Under the pieces are notes generated by a model. It made no database searches. It saw nothing but the letters and a program-made list of their open reading frames with translations, and had not been told where the DNA came from. 64,000 bases of DNA from a virus: the IMG/VR virus record IMGVR_UViG_3300024270_000070; one strand, written 5' to 3'. Position numbers and translations under genes: made by a program. Positions within the stretch are counted from its first letter, which is position 1, and the number at the start of each line of letters is the position of its first letter. Positions 49,893 through 60,274 of this stretch are shown in pieces.

Positions 49893-50158
49893 TGGATAAA
49901 CGAGAATACAGAACTCCTGAGAGGTTTAAAGCTGCATTGAAATCAATTAAAAGTTATAATACGGGCCTTGGTTTGGATATGAGAAAATTCAGCAAAAATG
50001 AAATGATGGATGAGTTTTGCAAGGGTGCTGTATATGGTGAGGAAAGGGCTTTTGAATGGTTTAAGGATTTTGCTCTTGATTATATATCCGGGGATGTTAC
50101 TGATGTTAGGTTTGGATTAATGTACGATGATTATAAAAAAGCAATGGGGTATGAATAA
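49892..50158 (+). CDS. hypothetical protein
   Basis: ORF track; ATGA-type coupling. Confidence 0.35.
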   Translation: MDKREYRTPERFKAALKSIKSYNTGLGLDMRKFSKNEMMDEFCKGAVYGEERAFEWFKDFALDYISGDVTDVRFGLMYDDYKKAMGYE

Positions 50159-50327
50159 AGAAGAAAAAAGAAAAATGTTTAAGCCTAAGCCTCATGCAGT
50201 ATATGAGAATGGAATATGTATAGGAGTTTTCGAGTCACATAAGGTTGCTAAGGCGGTAAAACACAAATTAATGGTCGAATCTTATCAAGATATGCTTGAT
50301 TTGAATTACGAAGTTAAACCTGTATAA
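50127..50327 (+). CDS. hypothetical small protein
   Basis: ORF track; alternative start 50151. Confidence 0.3.
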   Translation: MIIKKQWGMNKEEKRKMFKPKPHAVYENGICIGVFESHKVAKAVKHKLMVESYQDMLDLNYEVKPV

Positions 50328-50339
50328 ATAGTAAAAGAT

Positions 50340-50654
50340 ATGGCATGTAAAGGATGTAATTGTTCTGGTGGATGTGTTCATCAACAGATTAGGTCTCTTA
50401 TGAAAAGATGCGAAGAAACTGATTCGAACGGAAAAGTTTTTATGGTGTGGAACGAGTTTCTTGGCTATGAACATTATTGTGACCTTTACCCTGAAAGATA
50501 TAAAAAGTTTTCGGAAGAAAATGGTTCAAAATTGAGTACTTGGGTCATGGATAACGTTGTTATGGATTGTTATGAGCCCAATGAAATTCAAAAGAGTCTG
50601 AATGAAATGACTGAACTCGCTAAAGATATTTTAGATTCGATTAAAGAAAAATAA
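50340..50654 (+). CDS. hypothetical protein with N-terminal Cys cluster
   Basis: MACKGCNCSGGCVHQ. Confidence 0.35.
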   Translation: MACKGCNCSGGCVHQQIRSLMKRCEETDSNGKVFMVWNEFLGYEHYCDLYPERYKKFSEENGSKLSTWVMDNVVMDCYEPNEIQKSLNEMTELAKDILDSIKEK

Positions 50655-50655
50655 T

Positions 50656-51126
50656 ATGTTGTCTAATAAAGATTTTTGTTCAAAAGATTGTAGTTTAAAC
50701 CTTAAGAAATTGGGTTTCAATGAAAGAACATTTGGATACTATACCCGTCAAGGTGAAGAACTCATAAGAATTTCTTCTCAGTTTAGGGGTTCATATGCTG
50801 AAGATTGTTCTTTTTCTCATAATTCATTGCCTGATGATTGTCTTGGATACGACAATATTGATGCTCCGACTCATTATGATGCTCAGAGGTGGTTGAGGGA
50901 GGCGTTTAATATTGATGTGGAGGTTTCAAATATGCCTTCATTGAAGAGGTATTGTTTTATTGTAGCGGATGAAATTTCCATACTTATTGACTCTGATGCA
51001 TGGGATATGCTTTATCACACTTATGAAACCGCATTGAATGAGGGGATTCTATGGGCGACCAAAGAACTTTTGGAAAAGAAATATAAAATAGAAAAACAGG
51101 AAGAAGATGACAAAGAAGGAATTTGA
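50656..51126 (+). CDS. hypothetical protein
   Basis: ORF track. Confidence 0.35.
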   Translation: MLSNKDFCSKDCSLNLKKLGFNERTFGYYTRQGEELIRISSQFRGSYAEDCSFSHNSLPDDCLGYDNIDAPTHYDAQRWLREAFNIDVEVSNMPSLKRYCFIVADEISILIDSDAWDMLYHTYETALNEGILWATKELLEKKYKIEKQEEDDKEGI

Positions 51127-51433
51127 AAATAGGATGGCTGATATTGACTTGAAAATACATGAGTTAAAGTCCAAGAAGGAAATCATTAAAAAGGAATATG
51201 CAGATAGTATTGGCGGACAATATGACCATCTTATTGGTAAATGGGTAAAAGTGACATATCGTAACTACACGGTGGAAAGGAGTTTGGTTGGCTTTTGGAA
51301 AGGTGTTAGTATTCAAGCGGGCTCACTAATAATGGTTGAGGTATATAAAGCAAAGAAAGACAATACACAATCATCCCGCACTGATTATGATTATTTTACT
51401 GAATTGGTTTCCGTAGTTGAAATCGAACACTAA
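51107..51433 (+). CDS. hypothetical protein
   Basis: ORF track. Confidence 0.35.
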   Translation: MTKKEFENRMADIDLKIHELKSKKEIIKKEYADSIGGQYDHLIGKWVKVTYRNYTVERSLVGFWKGVSIQAGSLIMVEVYKAKKDNTQSSRTDYDYFTELVSVVEIEH

Positions 51434-51461
51434 TATTTTTGGTATTTTCAAAAACAATCAA

Positions 51462-51469
51462 TATATTTG
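51462..51469 (+). promoter_or_regulatory. Bacteroides-type -7 promoter motif TATATTTG
   Basis: 27 nt upstream of ATG 51497. Confidence 0.45.
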
Positions 51470-51496
51470 TATTTACTAATTTAAAAGAAAAATTTT

Positions 51497-51847
51497 ATGA
51501 GAAAGAAGAATGCTAAGACCAATACTTCCTATGAGAAGTATCAGTTGCGTGGAGCAATTAAGGAAATTATGAGAAATTATGGGCTCAGAACCATTTCGCT
51601 TGCAAACTATAATAAATGGTTGGGAAATACCACTGTAGAAGGGGTTCACTCTGTGAGATATGATATCATGAATGGCTATATCCACATGCATGAGTTCAAT
51701 TCTAATGGTAAGGTGGGAATGCCTTATGATTCTGTTGGGGTGGATGTTTATCAGAAGGTATATGACACAATTCTTAACATCCTTAAGACTGAGAATGAGA
51801 TTCCAAGCAAGGTTAAGAGAAATATTCTTGTAAAGGTTAACAGATAA
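51497..51847 (+). CDS. hypothetical protein
   Basis: ORF track. Confidence 0.4.
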   Translation: MRKKNAKTNTSYEKYQLRGAIKEIMRNYGLRTISLANYNKWLGNTTVEGVHSVRYDIMNGYIHMHEFNSNGKVGMPYDSVGVDVYQKVYDTILNILKTENEIPSKVKRNILVKVNR

Positions 51848-51854
51848 ATAACAT

Positions 51855-52583
51855 ATGATTAGCAAGCGGATAATCAAGAAATGGAATGAGAAAAGAGGGG
51901 TGATTGAGAATTTTTCTTATGGAAACCCTCTTTCCATTGCGATTCATGAAAAACGAAATTTCTTGGAGGAAGGCCTAATTAGAACCTATCCAATAGAGAA
52001 AACGAGAAAATATATCATTGATTTATATGATTTTGATGATAGTCAGATAGAGGTTTTCAGTAATAACAAAGTTGAAAAACTTCGTGTAATCATACCTAAC
52101 AATGAGAACATCATTGACAAAGTGAAGAAAGCAATGGATTTATGTGGCTATTTTTGTTCTGTTGAAAATGATTATCCGTATATTGATAATTGGGTATATC
52201 TTAACTTTGAACCTAAAAATCAGGATGATGTAAACAAGTATGTAAGGAGTATGGATAGAATATATCATGTTACCTCCGAAAAGAACGTTGAAAAGATTAG
52301 TAAAATAGGTTTATCACCGAGATTTAAAAACCCACTATTCTCTTATCCTGAACGAGTGTACCTATTTGTTGAAGATACACCTCCTGATGATATATACAGC
52401 CTTACAAAACAACTTAAAACCGTAAAACAGGACGAGGATAAGCATTGTTTGTTAATAATTGATGTAAGTAAGATTCCTGAAAACATTGATTTCTATCTTG
52501 ACCCCAATTATAGTTATGGAGTTTATACCAAAGATAATATCCCACCATCTGCAATTTTAGAAATTTATGAAATGATAATATAG
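51855..52583 (+). CDS. hypothetical protein with possible Tpt1/KptA-like (ADP-ribosyltransferase-fold) C-terminal motif
   Basis: IYHVTSEKNVEKISKIGLSPRFKNP..ERVYLFV parallels KptA [29 protein letters not shown] (YH-T...I...GL...R...R-YV-L); N-terminal R/H motif not found. Confidence 0.3.
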   Translation: MISKRIIKKWNEKRGVIENFSYGNPLSIAIHEKRNFLEEGLIRTYPIEKTRKYIIDLYDFDDSQIEVFSNNKVEKLRVIIPNNENIIDKVKKAMDLCGYFCSVENDYPYIDNWVYLNFEPKNQDDVNKYVRSMDRIYHVTSEKNVEKISKIGLSPRFKNPLFSYPERVYLFVEDTPPDDIYSLTKQLKTVKQDEDKHCLLIIDVSKIPENIDFYLDPNYSYGVYTKDNIPPSAILEIYEMII

Positions 52584-52703
52584 TTTGGCACGTTTTTTGT
52601 CGTAACTTAAATTATAATTTTAAAACACTATTTTATATGTACAATATTGGTGATAAGATTACAAAGAAGATTGACAAACGGTTTAAATGCCCTTGAACGT
52701 ATA

Positions 52704-53213
52704 ATGGGAAAAATAGAGTTAAAAAAACCCGTGTTTTCCAATTATAATTCAAATGTGCGTCTCTTTCAAGAGGATGCTAATGTCTTGGTAAAACATCTTA
52801 AAGGGCTTGATATAACTTATATAGACCCACCATATAATCAACATCCATATGGTTCTAATTATTTCATGCTTAATACTATTATAAAGAATGAAATAGGTTC
52901 TAACATTAGTAAAGTCGCGGGAATACCTGATGATTGGAACAAATCGTCTTATAATAAGAAAAATGACGCCCTAAAAACATTTGAAGAACTTGTTAGTGAT
53001 ATTGATTCAAAATATTTGATTATATCATATAACAATGAAGGGTTTATTTCTTATGAGGAAATGGTAGAAATGCTTTCTAAATATGGGGAATTAAAAGTTA
53101 AAAATATTGATTACGTTGCGTTTAGAGGCAGCAGAAACCTTAGAGAACGAGATATTCATACAACTGAATATTTGTTTATATTAAAAAAACACCTGAATAA
53201 AGAGTTTGAATAA
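52704..53213 (+). CDS. Dam-like (D12-class) DNA adenine methyltransferase C-terminal fragment lacking SAM-binding half
   Basis: DPPY motif IV (ITYIDPPYNQ) then D12 C-terminal region (YLIISYNNEGFISYEEM..RDIHTTEYLFILKK, compare EcoDam IPVLISNHDT..VDELLALYK); no FxGxG / KWAGGK segment; track start 52647 is TTG. Confidence 0.5.
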   Translation: MGKIELKKPVFSNYNSNVRLFQEDANVLVKHLKGLDITYIDPPYNQHPYGSNYFMLNTIIKNEIGSNISKVAGIPDDWNKSSYNKKNDALKTFEELVSDIDSKYLIISYNNEGFISYEEMVEMLSKYGELKVKNIDYVAFRGSRNLRERDIHTTEYLFILKKHLNKEFE

Positions 53214-53248
53214 GACTCTTTATTTTTGTTTTATTCAAACCTTATTTC

Positions 53249-53256
53249 TATATTTG
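53249..53256 (+). promoter_or_regulatory. Bacteroides-type promoter (-7 TATATTTG, -33 TTTG at 53225-53228)
   Basis: upstream of polymerase N-half. Confidence 0.45.
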
Positions 53257-53345
53257 CACATATATTATTATATGGTGGTAAATGATACCATAGTGATTAT
53301 GGTTTAACCTTACCAAAAATAACAATTAAATATAATTTAAAATTT

Positions 53346-55880
53346 ATGCTTGAACCTCAGAGAAAAACAGAGATTACGACCGATGTAATCAATTCATTTA
53401 TTAATGGTACCGACCCTCAGGAACGTATCGTAAATCTTGAATATAAGTACAATGAAGATAAAATAAAAGTGTTCTACAGGGACGCAAATGACGTTAAACA
53501 CTACAAGATGGAACCATTCCGTCCATTCGTGTGGGCAACACGAAGAGCCTGTGAGAAACTTTGCAATGGAGACCGTTCTGAAGTGCAACGCCTAATGCGT
53601 GAATTTGGAATTGGCATAAAAGTCCTTGATACAAAGAATAATCAAGGTGAAGTGGTTCCCGAAATCGCTGACAATGGCTATATCTTCATGTTCTATGCAA
53701 AAAGGCCGATGTCATATCAGAGATTTTCAAAATTCTTTAAAGAAGCCGAAAACCCTTTATATTCGAAATCAAAGGCTGATGATAACTCAGAAGAAGAGGA
53801 AAATGAGAATTTCGTTTCAAAAGCAGATGAAAGACAGTATCTTGTGGTAACTCCACAGGAACAGTTCATGATATCCACAGGAAAACGATTCTTTAAGGGG
53901 TATGAAGATTATGATAAACTCTTGAGGATGATATTCGACTTGGAGACTGAAGGCCTCGACCCTCGATATAATAGAATCAATCAGATTGGTGTGCGTTTTA
54001 ATCGTCCTGTGATGTATAAGGGTAAAAAAGTTGATTTTGAACGCATCCTCACAGTAACAGGAAACACAAAGGAAGAACGTGATGCAAGTGAGTTGCACAA
54101 CATTAAGGTATTCCTTTCAATGATTCAATATTTTAATCCTGACGTCATTACGGCACATAATGGAGAAAACTTCGACTGGAACTTCATTATCACAAGATGT
54201 GAACAACTTGACTATCCAATTGAGTACATTTGTGAGGAGATGAAAATGTTTGGTGATGATGTTATTAGAAAGAATACCAAGGATACAGTCCTTAAACTTG
54301 GTGGTGAGGTGGAACAGTTCAAGCAGACAATCGTTCCGGGAATAATTGTGACAGATTCTCTCCATGCGGTAAGACGCGCTCAGGCAATTGACAGTAATAT
54401 GCTTAAGGCTGACCTTAAGTACGTTACCAAGTATTCAAAGATGGAAAAGGTTAACCGTGTCTATGTACCGGGTGACAAGATTTCAGATACATGGAATGAT
54501 ACTGTTAACACATATGCATTGAATAATGAAAATGGTGATTGGTATAAAGTAACTGAAGATAAACCAATTAAGGCCGGTTATTTACCTACCACAGGAAAGT
54601 ACATTGTTGAACGTTATCTTCTTGATGACCTTTGGGAATGTGATAAGGTAGAACATCGTTACAATACAACCAATTTTCTTATATGTAAAATGCTACCGGT
54701 CCCATACCAGAAATGTTGTACAATGGGAACTGCGGGACAGTGGAAAAGTTTGATGCTTGCTTGGTCATATGAAAACGGTCTCGCAATCCCACAGTTCGGT
54801 GAAGGTGGAACATTTACAGGTGGTCTCTCAAGACTTCTCACAGTAGGATTTGTTGATAATGTTGCGAAATTTGACTTTAACTCACTTTATCCGTCAATTA
54901 TTCTTACATGGGGAATTACTCATGGTAGAGACCTTATGGATTCAATGCTTAAGTTCCTTGAATATGTGCTTACTGAACGTGAGAAATATAAGAAACTTAA
55001 GAAAAAAGCAGGAAAAGAAATAGATAAACTAAAAGAACGTATAAAAAACTTTAGTGGTAGTGATGATGAACTTAATGAGTTAAAAGATAAATTGAAATTG
55101 GTGGAAAAAGAGGAATCAGCAAATGATAAAAAACAGCTTCAAATGAAGGTGTTAGGTAATAGCTTTTTCGGGTCATACGGGGCCGAGAATCTTTTTCCAT
55201 GGGGAAGCAAGATATGTGCTGAGAGGACAACATGTACAGGTCGTATGTGCCTTCGCCTTATGATTTCTCACTTTAATAGTCTTGGCTATAAACCTATCGT
55301 TGGTGACTCTTTCACTCCTGACACGCCATTATTTATCCGTTGGAAAAATAGTGGGCTGATTGACATTCTTCCTGTTGAAACGCTTATCAATCCATTTGCT
55401 ATTAAAGTAGATGAACTTGGTAGGGAATACGATTATTCAGAAAAGCCGTTTGAAGTGCTTTGTAGAAGTGGTTGGGTTTCACCTGAATACATTTATCGTC
55501 ATGGGTGCGATAAGCCAATATACGAGGTTTCTGAGGGTGATATGAGGGTGGAAGTAACTGAGGACCACAGCCTCTTCAATTCTGATAAGGTTAAGATTAA
55601 ACCAAGTGAGATAAATGAAAGTACGAAATTGGAGTATTATGAGGGCGAGATAAAGGGGCTTAATCAGAAGCGTTTCCCGTATGATGATTGGAAACAAATT
55701 GGTATTGATGCGGCAAACAATCCTAATGGCAAGATAAACTGCGTTATTTTCAATACAACAAAGGAGAATATGAAGATTTTCTACGATTCGTTCATGGAGA
55801 ATTATAAGGAGGGGGTTACGTACTCGAAAACCATTGTTGCAGGTCTCCAATATGTAAAGAAAATGATAAAAAATAGTTAA
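53346..55880 (+). CDS. family B DNA polymerase N-half (exonuclease + palm motifs A,B) fused to N-terminal split-intein half
   Basis: Exo I FDLETEGLD, Exo II NGENFDWNF, motif A DFNSLYPSII, motif B KVLGNSFFGSYG, then ..YKPIVGD | SFTPDTPLFI.. ; ORF stops 190 aa after junction without motif C or thumb. Confidence 0.85.
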   Translation: MLEPQRKTEITTDVINSFINGTDPQERIVNLEYKYNEDKIKVFYRDANDVKHYKMEPFRPFVWATRRACEKLCNGDRSEVQRLMREFGIGIKVLDTKNNQGEVVPEIADNGYIFMFYAKRPMSYQRFSKFFKEAENPLYSKSKADDNSEEEENENFVSKADERQYLVVTPQEQFMISTGKRFFKGYEDYDKLLRMIFDLETEGLDPRYNRINQIGVRFNRPVMYKGKKVDFERILTVTGNTKEERDASELHNIKVFLSMIQYFNPDVITAHNGENFDWNFIITRCEQLDYPIEYICEEMKMFGDDVIRKNTKDTVLKLGGEVEQFKQTIVPGIIVTDSLHAVRRAQAIDSNMLKADLKYVTKYSKMEKVNRVYVPGDKISDTWNDTVNTYALNNENGDWYKVTEDKPIKAGYLPTTGKYIVERYLLDDLWECDKVEHRYNTTNFLICKMLPVPYQKCCTMGTAGQWKSLMLAWSYENGLAIPQFGEGGTFTGGLSRLLTVGFVDNVAKFDFNSLYPSIILTWGITHGRDLMDSMLKFLEYVLTEREKYKKLKKKAGKEIDKLKERIKNFSGSDDELNELKDKLKLVEKEESANDKKQLQMKVLGNSFFGSYGAENLFPWGSKICAERTTCTGRMCLRLMISHFNSLGYKPIVGDSFTPDTPLFIRWKNSGLIDILPVETLINPFAIKVDELGREYDYSEKPFEVLCRSGWVSPEYIYRHGCDKPIYEVSEGDMRVEVTEDHSLFNSDKVKIKPSEINESTKLEYYEGEIKGLNQKRFPYDDWKQIGIDAANNPNGKINCVIFNTTKENMKIFYDSFMENYKEGVTYSKTIVAGLQYVKKMIKNS
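55308..55877 (+). other. N-terminal split-intein half (Int-N) with ~85-aa C-terminal extension
   Basis: block A SFTPDTPLFI (Ser1, DT), block B VEVTEDHSLF (T-x-x-H); extension ends ..TIVAGLQYVKKMIKNS. Confidence 0.7.
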
Positions 55881-55886
55881 AAAAGT

Positions 55887-55917
55887 AAACCCAGGATAAA
55901 ATCCTGGGTTTGTTTAT
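55887..55917. terminator. bidirectional intrinsic terminator
   Basis: AAACCCAGGAT-aaa-ATCCTGGGTTT then GTTTATTCT; between convergent polB N-half and minus-strand fibre gene. Confidence 0.75.
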
Positions 55918-55971
55918 TCTCCTTCTATGATTTCATTTTCATCATTAGTTGATGTATCTTCGGGGTCTATG

Positions 55972-57855
55972 CTATTCCCCCGAATAGTCTTCAGGAGCAA
56001 TGGTCCAATTAGTGCGATTGACTACATATGTAACTCCATTCAAAAGACCTTTAAACTTAGTTGGGTTATCATAGTCGTCCCATTCAACTACAACTATTGG
56101 TTCACCACCTGTTATTCTCATTATATTCCAACACCAATCACAGAAAAAATTTGTTTTACTTTCATTCAATAATTCATCTGGTATTGTAGTCACACTGTTA
56201 GAAGAAATCATAAATGGGGTATATAAATATTTTGACATTATTCTATACTGTTCCTCGTTAAGAATTCCTCCATCACTACTATACTGTTCAAAACTATTTA
56301 CAGAACCTATGTTATTTCTAATTGTTTGTTTTTCTTCATTGGTTAAATCATTTGTTGTTAATAAAACATTTTTAACTGAATCACCGATATGATTTTTATC
56401 AACTTTATTGGACAACTTATGTTCTCCTGCAATAAAATCTTGAGAAATTATAGGTTCTACAGTTGTAACTTTCGAAACAAATAAGCCATAATTATTAAAT
56501 GTCGCAATTTTATTGCCCTCATTATCAATAATATGAAATTCATCGTTAAAGTCATCAGTTAAATTAGAATCGTTTTCAAGGTGACTAATTTTTGTTGGTA
56601 GCGGTATTGTTGTCACAGAACTACCATTGAAAATGTCGATACTAAAGTTTTTACTTGACCCTGCTTTAATTGTTAGTGCATTAGCCACACTATCAGCCGC
56701 ACCACCTTTACTTGATGAAGAAGCATATTTTATATTTTGCAATTCAGTAATAGCAGATGTATTTAAAGAAACTTCATTTGTTAAAGTTTCTACATCATCA
56801 CTTAAAGATGATATATTTTTTTCATTATTTTGGATATTGTCTTTTAATGTGCCAACTGAAGTGTTGATGTTTAAAAAATTATTATTTACATAATTTAAAT
56901 CTGATTTTTCAGTTAATTTATGCTTTCCTGCAATAAACTCAGTTGAAGTTACGCCATTGTTATCTATAGTTACTATTATATTAGTCTTATTATCGACAAT
57001 TTTTAAAGTACCTTCCTCTGAATCGTTAAATGGATTTTCAGTTAAGTCAGAAAACTTAATATTCCCTATCGATTTTTGAGTATCAACTCGAAGTTTTAAA
57101 AGTTCATTGTCAACGTAAGTTCTTTCCGTTTTATTAGTAAGATAATGTTTACCTGCACGAAATTCCACTGCCTCGGCCCCTTTTTCGTCAACCTTAAATG
57201 CAATGTTATTTTTGTTATCGGATATTTGAAATGCGGGGTCTTCATCAATTTTAATTGCGTTTGATAACTTAGTGTCACTAATTTTAACATTAGTAATGCG
57301 TCCTTTCTCTTGTTTAAGAGTAATATCAACATATTCTCCTGAAGAAAAATTAGTTGTTGTTAAATCATCTAAACGGTTTTCAAGTATATTATTATCAATT
57401 TTTTCAGTTAATTTATGACCACGTGCATTAAATTCTACAGAAGAAACACCATTGCTATCTATGCTGGTAATTATATTACCATTTAAATCCGCAATATCAA
57501 AAGAGCCTGATTCATCTTCTTTAAAAGGTAAATTTTCATTAGCATTAAAAATTAGATTATCTACATAATTTTTATCTACTTTATTAGAAAGTTTATGAAT
57601 ACCATCTTCAGAAATAACTTCAACATCAATAACGTGCAGACCTTTATCATCGAATTTTGCTACTATATTACCATTTTCGTCAACAATATTAAATTCCCCA
57701 TCATCAGTAATTGCGAATGGGTTATCAGTCAAATCATTAAAATTACCCGAAAAACTACTTGGAGTATACCCCAAAGCCTTATGAATTGTTTCTTTAGTTA
57801 CATCATCACCTATTTTAAGCAATTTATCGGATAATTGTATATAAAATGTTGCCAT
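55972..57855 (-). CDS. tail fibre protein with five ~45-aa tandem repeats
   Basis: repeat units F-I-DxNGN-I..-D.NGV...EF.AGKHKLTEK.D.NYV x5. Confidence 0.55.
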   Translation of the reverse strand: MATFYIQLSDKLLKIGDDVTKETIHKALGYTPSSFSGNFNDLTDNPFAITDDGEFNIVDENGNIVAKFDDKGLHVIDVEVISEDGIHKLSNKVDKNYVDNLIFNANENLPFKEDESGSFDIADLNGNIITSIDSNGVSSVEFNARGHKLTEKIDNNILENRLDDLTTTNFSSGEYVDITLKQEKGRITNVKISDTKLSNAIKIDEDPAFQISDNKNNIAFKVDEKGAEAVEFRAGKHYLTNKTERTYVDNELLKLRVDTQKSIGNIKFSDLTENPFNDSEEGTLKIVDNKTNIIVTIDNNGVTSTEFIAGKHKLTEKSDLNYVNNNFLNINTSVGTLKDNIQNNEKNISSLSDDVETLTNEVSLNTSAITELQNIKYASSSSKGGAADSVANALTIKAGSSKNFSIDIFNGSSVTTIPLPTKISHLENDSNLTDDFNDEFHIIDNEGNKIATFNNYGLFVSKVTTVEPIISQDFIAGEHKLSNKVDKNHIGDSVKNVLLTTNDLTNEEKQTIRNNIGSVNSFEQYSSDGGILNEEQYRIMSKYLYTPFMISSNSVTTIPDELLNESKTNFFCDWCWNIMRITGGEPIVVVEWDDYDNPTKFKGLLNGVTYVVNRTNWTIAPEDYSGE

Positions 57856-57893
57856 ATCTTGTTATTTTTATTGTTTTATAAAATGGGGTGTGG

Positions 57894-59012
57894 TTATTCA
57901 TTAACCACACCCCCAGGTAAATAAGGTCCAAAAAATGTCGAACCATCATTTCCATTTAACACCGCACTTGGGTTGGTATGGAAGTATGTGTTTGTTACCA
58001 TATTTTGATTTTTTAATCCTTCTGAATGTGTACTTGTAAATTGAACATTACCCCAAATATTTCCATTAAATATAACTCCTTTACAATCTTTTAATGTAAC
58101 AGCACCATACCAAATATTTTGTCCCGTAAAATTCCATCCAACGGTGCTTTTATTCATGTAAATTGCAACACCGCCACCTAATCCAGTAATTGAATTATGG
58201 TTGTAAGTACAACTATAACAGCCTCCGTGTGACTCGTTAGTAATTCCGTCCCCATTCAAAGCAAAACCGCAATAATTGTTACAAAACATGTTGCCAACAT
58301 ACATATTGTTTCCACCTTCATTTAGAACACCAATAAAGTTGTCACCAAAATTACAACATTCCACCTGATTATATTCGCCATATTGAGCAAACCACAAACC
58401 ATAATAATTAAAATAAAAACTAGAACGTGTCACTTCTATAGTATGGAAGAAACGGCCATATTCACCCCCTCCTGAATCGTTGTCTGCACAATATAGTCCA
58501 CACATGTCCCATCCTAAAACATCAACATCAGTAATTTTAACACGTCTGGTTTTTTCACACCAAATACCATAACGATTGCCTGAATTTGTTTTATCAAGAA
58601 TATCATCGACATTACCCGTAGGTTGCACTTTAGATGCCCCGCCATCAATAAACATTCTTGAAATTGTCACATTAGTCGAACCAACGATGTAAAAAAGAAT
58701 ATTAGATGCACTATCACTTGATAATTTAAATATGGTTTTAGTGTTTCCGATAAATGATATGTTAGAAGGGACTGTTATATGCGAAGGAAAAATATATTCA
58801 CCATCATTAAACCTAATAGTTTTGCCATTGGCTGCTGATAATAACTCATTCATTTTACTCATATCAACAACACCAGGTACTACACCATATGACGATGCAT
58901 AAATATCCTCTACACCTCCTTGTGAAGCACTTATTATTCCATCTTCCATATTAATAAGGTGAGTATGCTCTAATGTCATTCCCTTCACAAACCCTTGTTT
59001 TGTATAACCCAT
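57894..59012 (-). CDS. parallel beta-helix (pectate-lyase-like) tailspike / putative depolymerase
   Basis: repetitive N-x-x-G / GN.hF beta-helix coils (VIFNGNIWGN, CNNYCGFALNGDGITNESHGG, GLGGGVAIYMN); first ATG at 59012 (track start 59072 is TTG). Confidence 0.45.
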   Translation of the reverse strand: MGYTKQGFVKGMTLEHTHLINMEDGIISASQGGVEDIYASSYGVVPGVVDMSKMNELLSAANGKTIRFNDGEYIFPSHITVPSNISFIGNTKTIFKLSSDSASNILFYIVGSTNVTISRMFIDGGASKVQPTGNVDDILDKTNSGNRYGIWCEKTRRVKITDVDVLGWDMCGLYCADNDSGGGEYGRFFHTIEVTRSSFYFNYYGLWFAQYGEYNQVECCNFGDNFIGVLNEGGNNMYVGNMFCNNYCGFALNGDGITNESHGGCYSCTYNHNSITGLGGGVAIYMNKSTVGWNFTGQNIWYGAVTLKDCKGVIFNGNIWGNVQFTSTHSEGLKNQNMVTNTYFHTNPSAVLNGNDGSTFFGPYLPGGVVNE

Positions 59013-59044
59013 GTCAATTATTTTTTTTTGAAAAAAATTATATT

Positions 59045-59908
59045 TTAATAACCATAAATTACCATAGGACAATAATAATTAGCAGTTTTTCCTGCAACTG
59101 TTTGTCCCAAAACAATTGTTGTACCAAAATAAGGTTTACCAAGTATACTATTAGAAGTCGTATAATTTACATAAGGGATAGTATACAATGATGAATAATC
59201 ACTATAACCTTCATTTACTGTAATACCAAGATGAATATTTTTTTGCAATGTACGTTTAATAGGACATCTAATAATTTGATAACCATTTGTTTCGGTAGTA
59301 TCAGATAAAATAGATGATTGATTTGCTTGGTCATATACTAATTCTTCGACAGTTTCTGTTTCAGCATCCACAAAATATAGTTTAATATATGGAATAGTTA
59401 TAGGTTCGCTAGGGAAAGTTTTGTTAGGTGTGATAACATAAAAATCAACATAATCTACATATGTACCTCCTGAAAGAGCACATCTTTCTACGAATGAAGA
59501 ACCACCTGTACCTTGAGTAGGACCATATGATGAAACACTTAAATCTGAGAAATTAACATTATTGTTTAACAATATAACTGTTTCTTGTCCATCACTTCCA
59601 TCTCCATTATTTTCATAAATGCTTGCAATTGAAATACTGATGTTATTGGTTACTACTGGAATTGTTATAGTCATAATATTATCTTGAATATTTGGTTCTA
59701 TTACCTCACCACCCATAACAATACTATATTCACCAAATATATAATCTTGTGATAATGTAACAGTCCATACTACGTTTTCCTCGTTTCTATTAATAAAATT
59801 AGGAATATTGTGCGATATACCTGCACCCATAGTTTTTTGCACAATATAAGTGCTAAGTGTTCCTATATTTGATGCTGAAAAATTAGCACCTTTAATATAT
59901 AAAATCAT
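59045..59908 (-). CDS. hypothetical tail-associated protein
   Basis: ORF track; ATG start. Confidence 0.4.
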   Translation of the reverse strand: MILYIKGANFSASNIGTLSTYIVQKTMGAGISHNIPNFINRNEENVVWTVTLSQDYIFGEYSIVMGGEVIEPNIQDNIMTITIPVVTNNISISIASIYENNGDGSDGQETVILLNNNVNFSDLSVSSYGPTQGTGGSSFVERCALSGGTYVDYVDFYVITPNKTFPSEPITIPYIKLYFVDAETETVEELVYDQANQSSILSDTTETNGYQIIRCPIKRTLQKNIHLGITVNEGYSDYSSLYTIPYVNYTTSNSILGKPYFGTTIVLGQTVAGKTANYYCPMVIYGY

Positions 59909-59923
59909 CTCTTTATTTATTTT

Positions 59924-60274
59924 TTATTCTAAAATCATTTCTCCAATTACACCCTCACCTAATTTAGATGAAGCGCCATTTGTGTTTTCTTCATCATCTA
60001 TAATGACAACAATTGCGCCTATTGCAATTTTACCAGCAGCATATGCCGCATCGTATTCTGCCTGTGTACCATAAAACAGTTTTGAATCAATATACGATTT
60101 GGGAACAAATATATCTAATGCTTCACCATCTTGTGATAATACATAAAGTTCTGAGTCTCCGCTAACACCATGTTTAATGGCAATTTCTCCTTGGAGCATT
60201 CCTATTTCTTTAGCTTTACCAATTGATAATGGTGAATTTCCACGTAGATGTTGTATTATATTTCGGTTTTCCAT
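59924..60274 (-). CDS. hypothetical protein (first gene of minus-strand fibre cassette)
   Basis: ORF track; ATG start. Confidence 0.4.
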   Translation of the reverse strand: MENRNIIQHLRGNSPLSIGKAKEIGMLQGEIAIKHGVSGDSELYVLSQDGEALDIFVPKSYIDSKLFYGTQAEYDAAYAAGKIAIGAIVVIIDDEENTNGASSKLGEGVIGEMILE

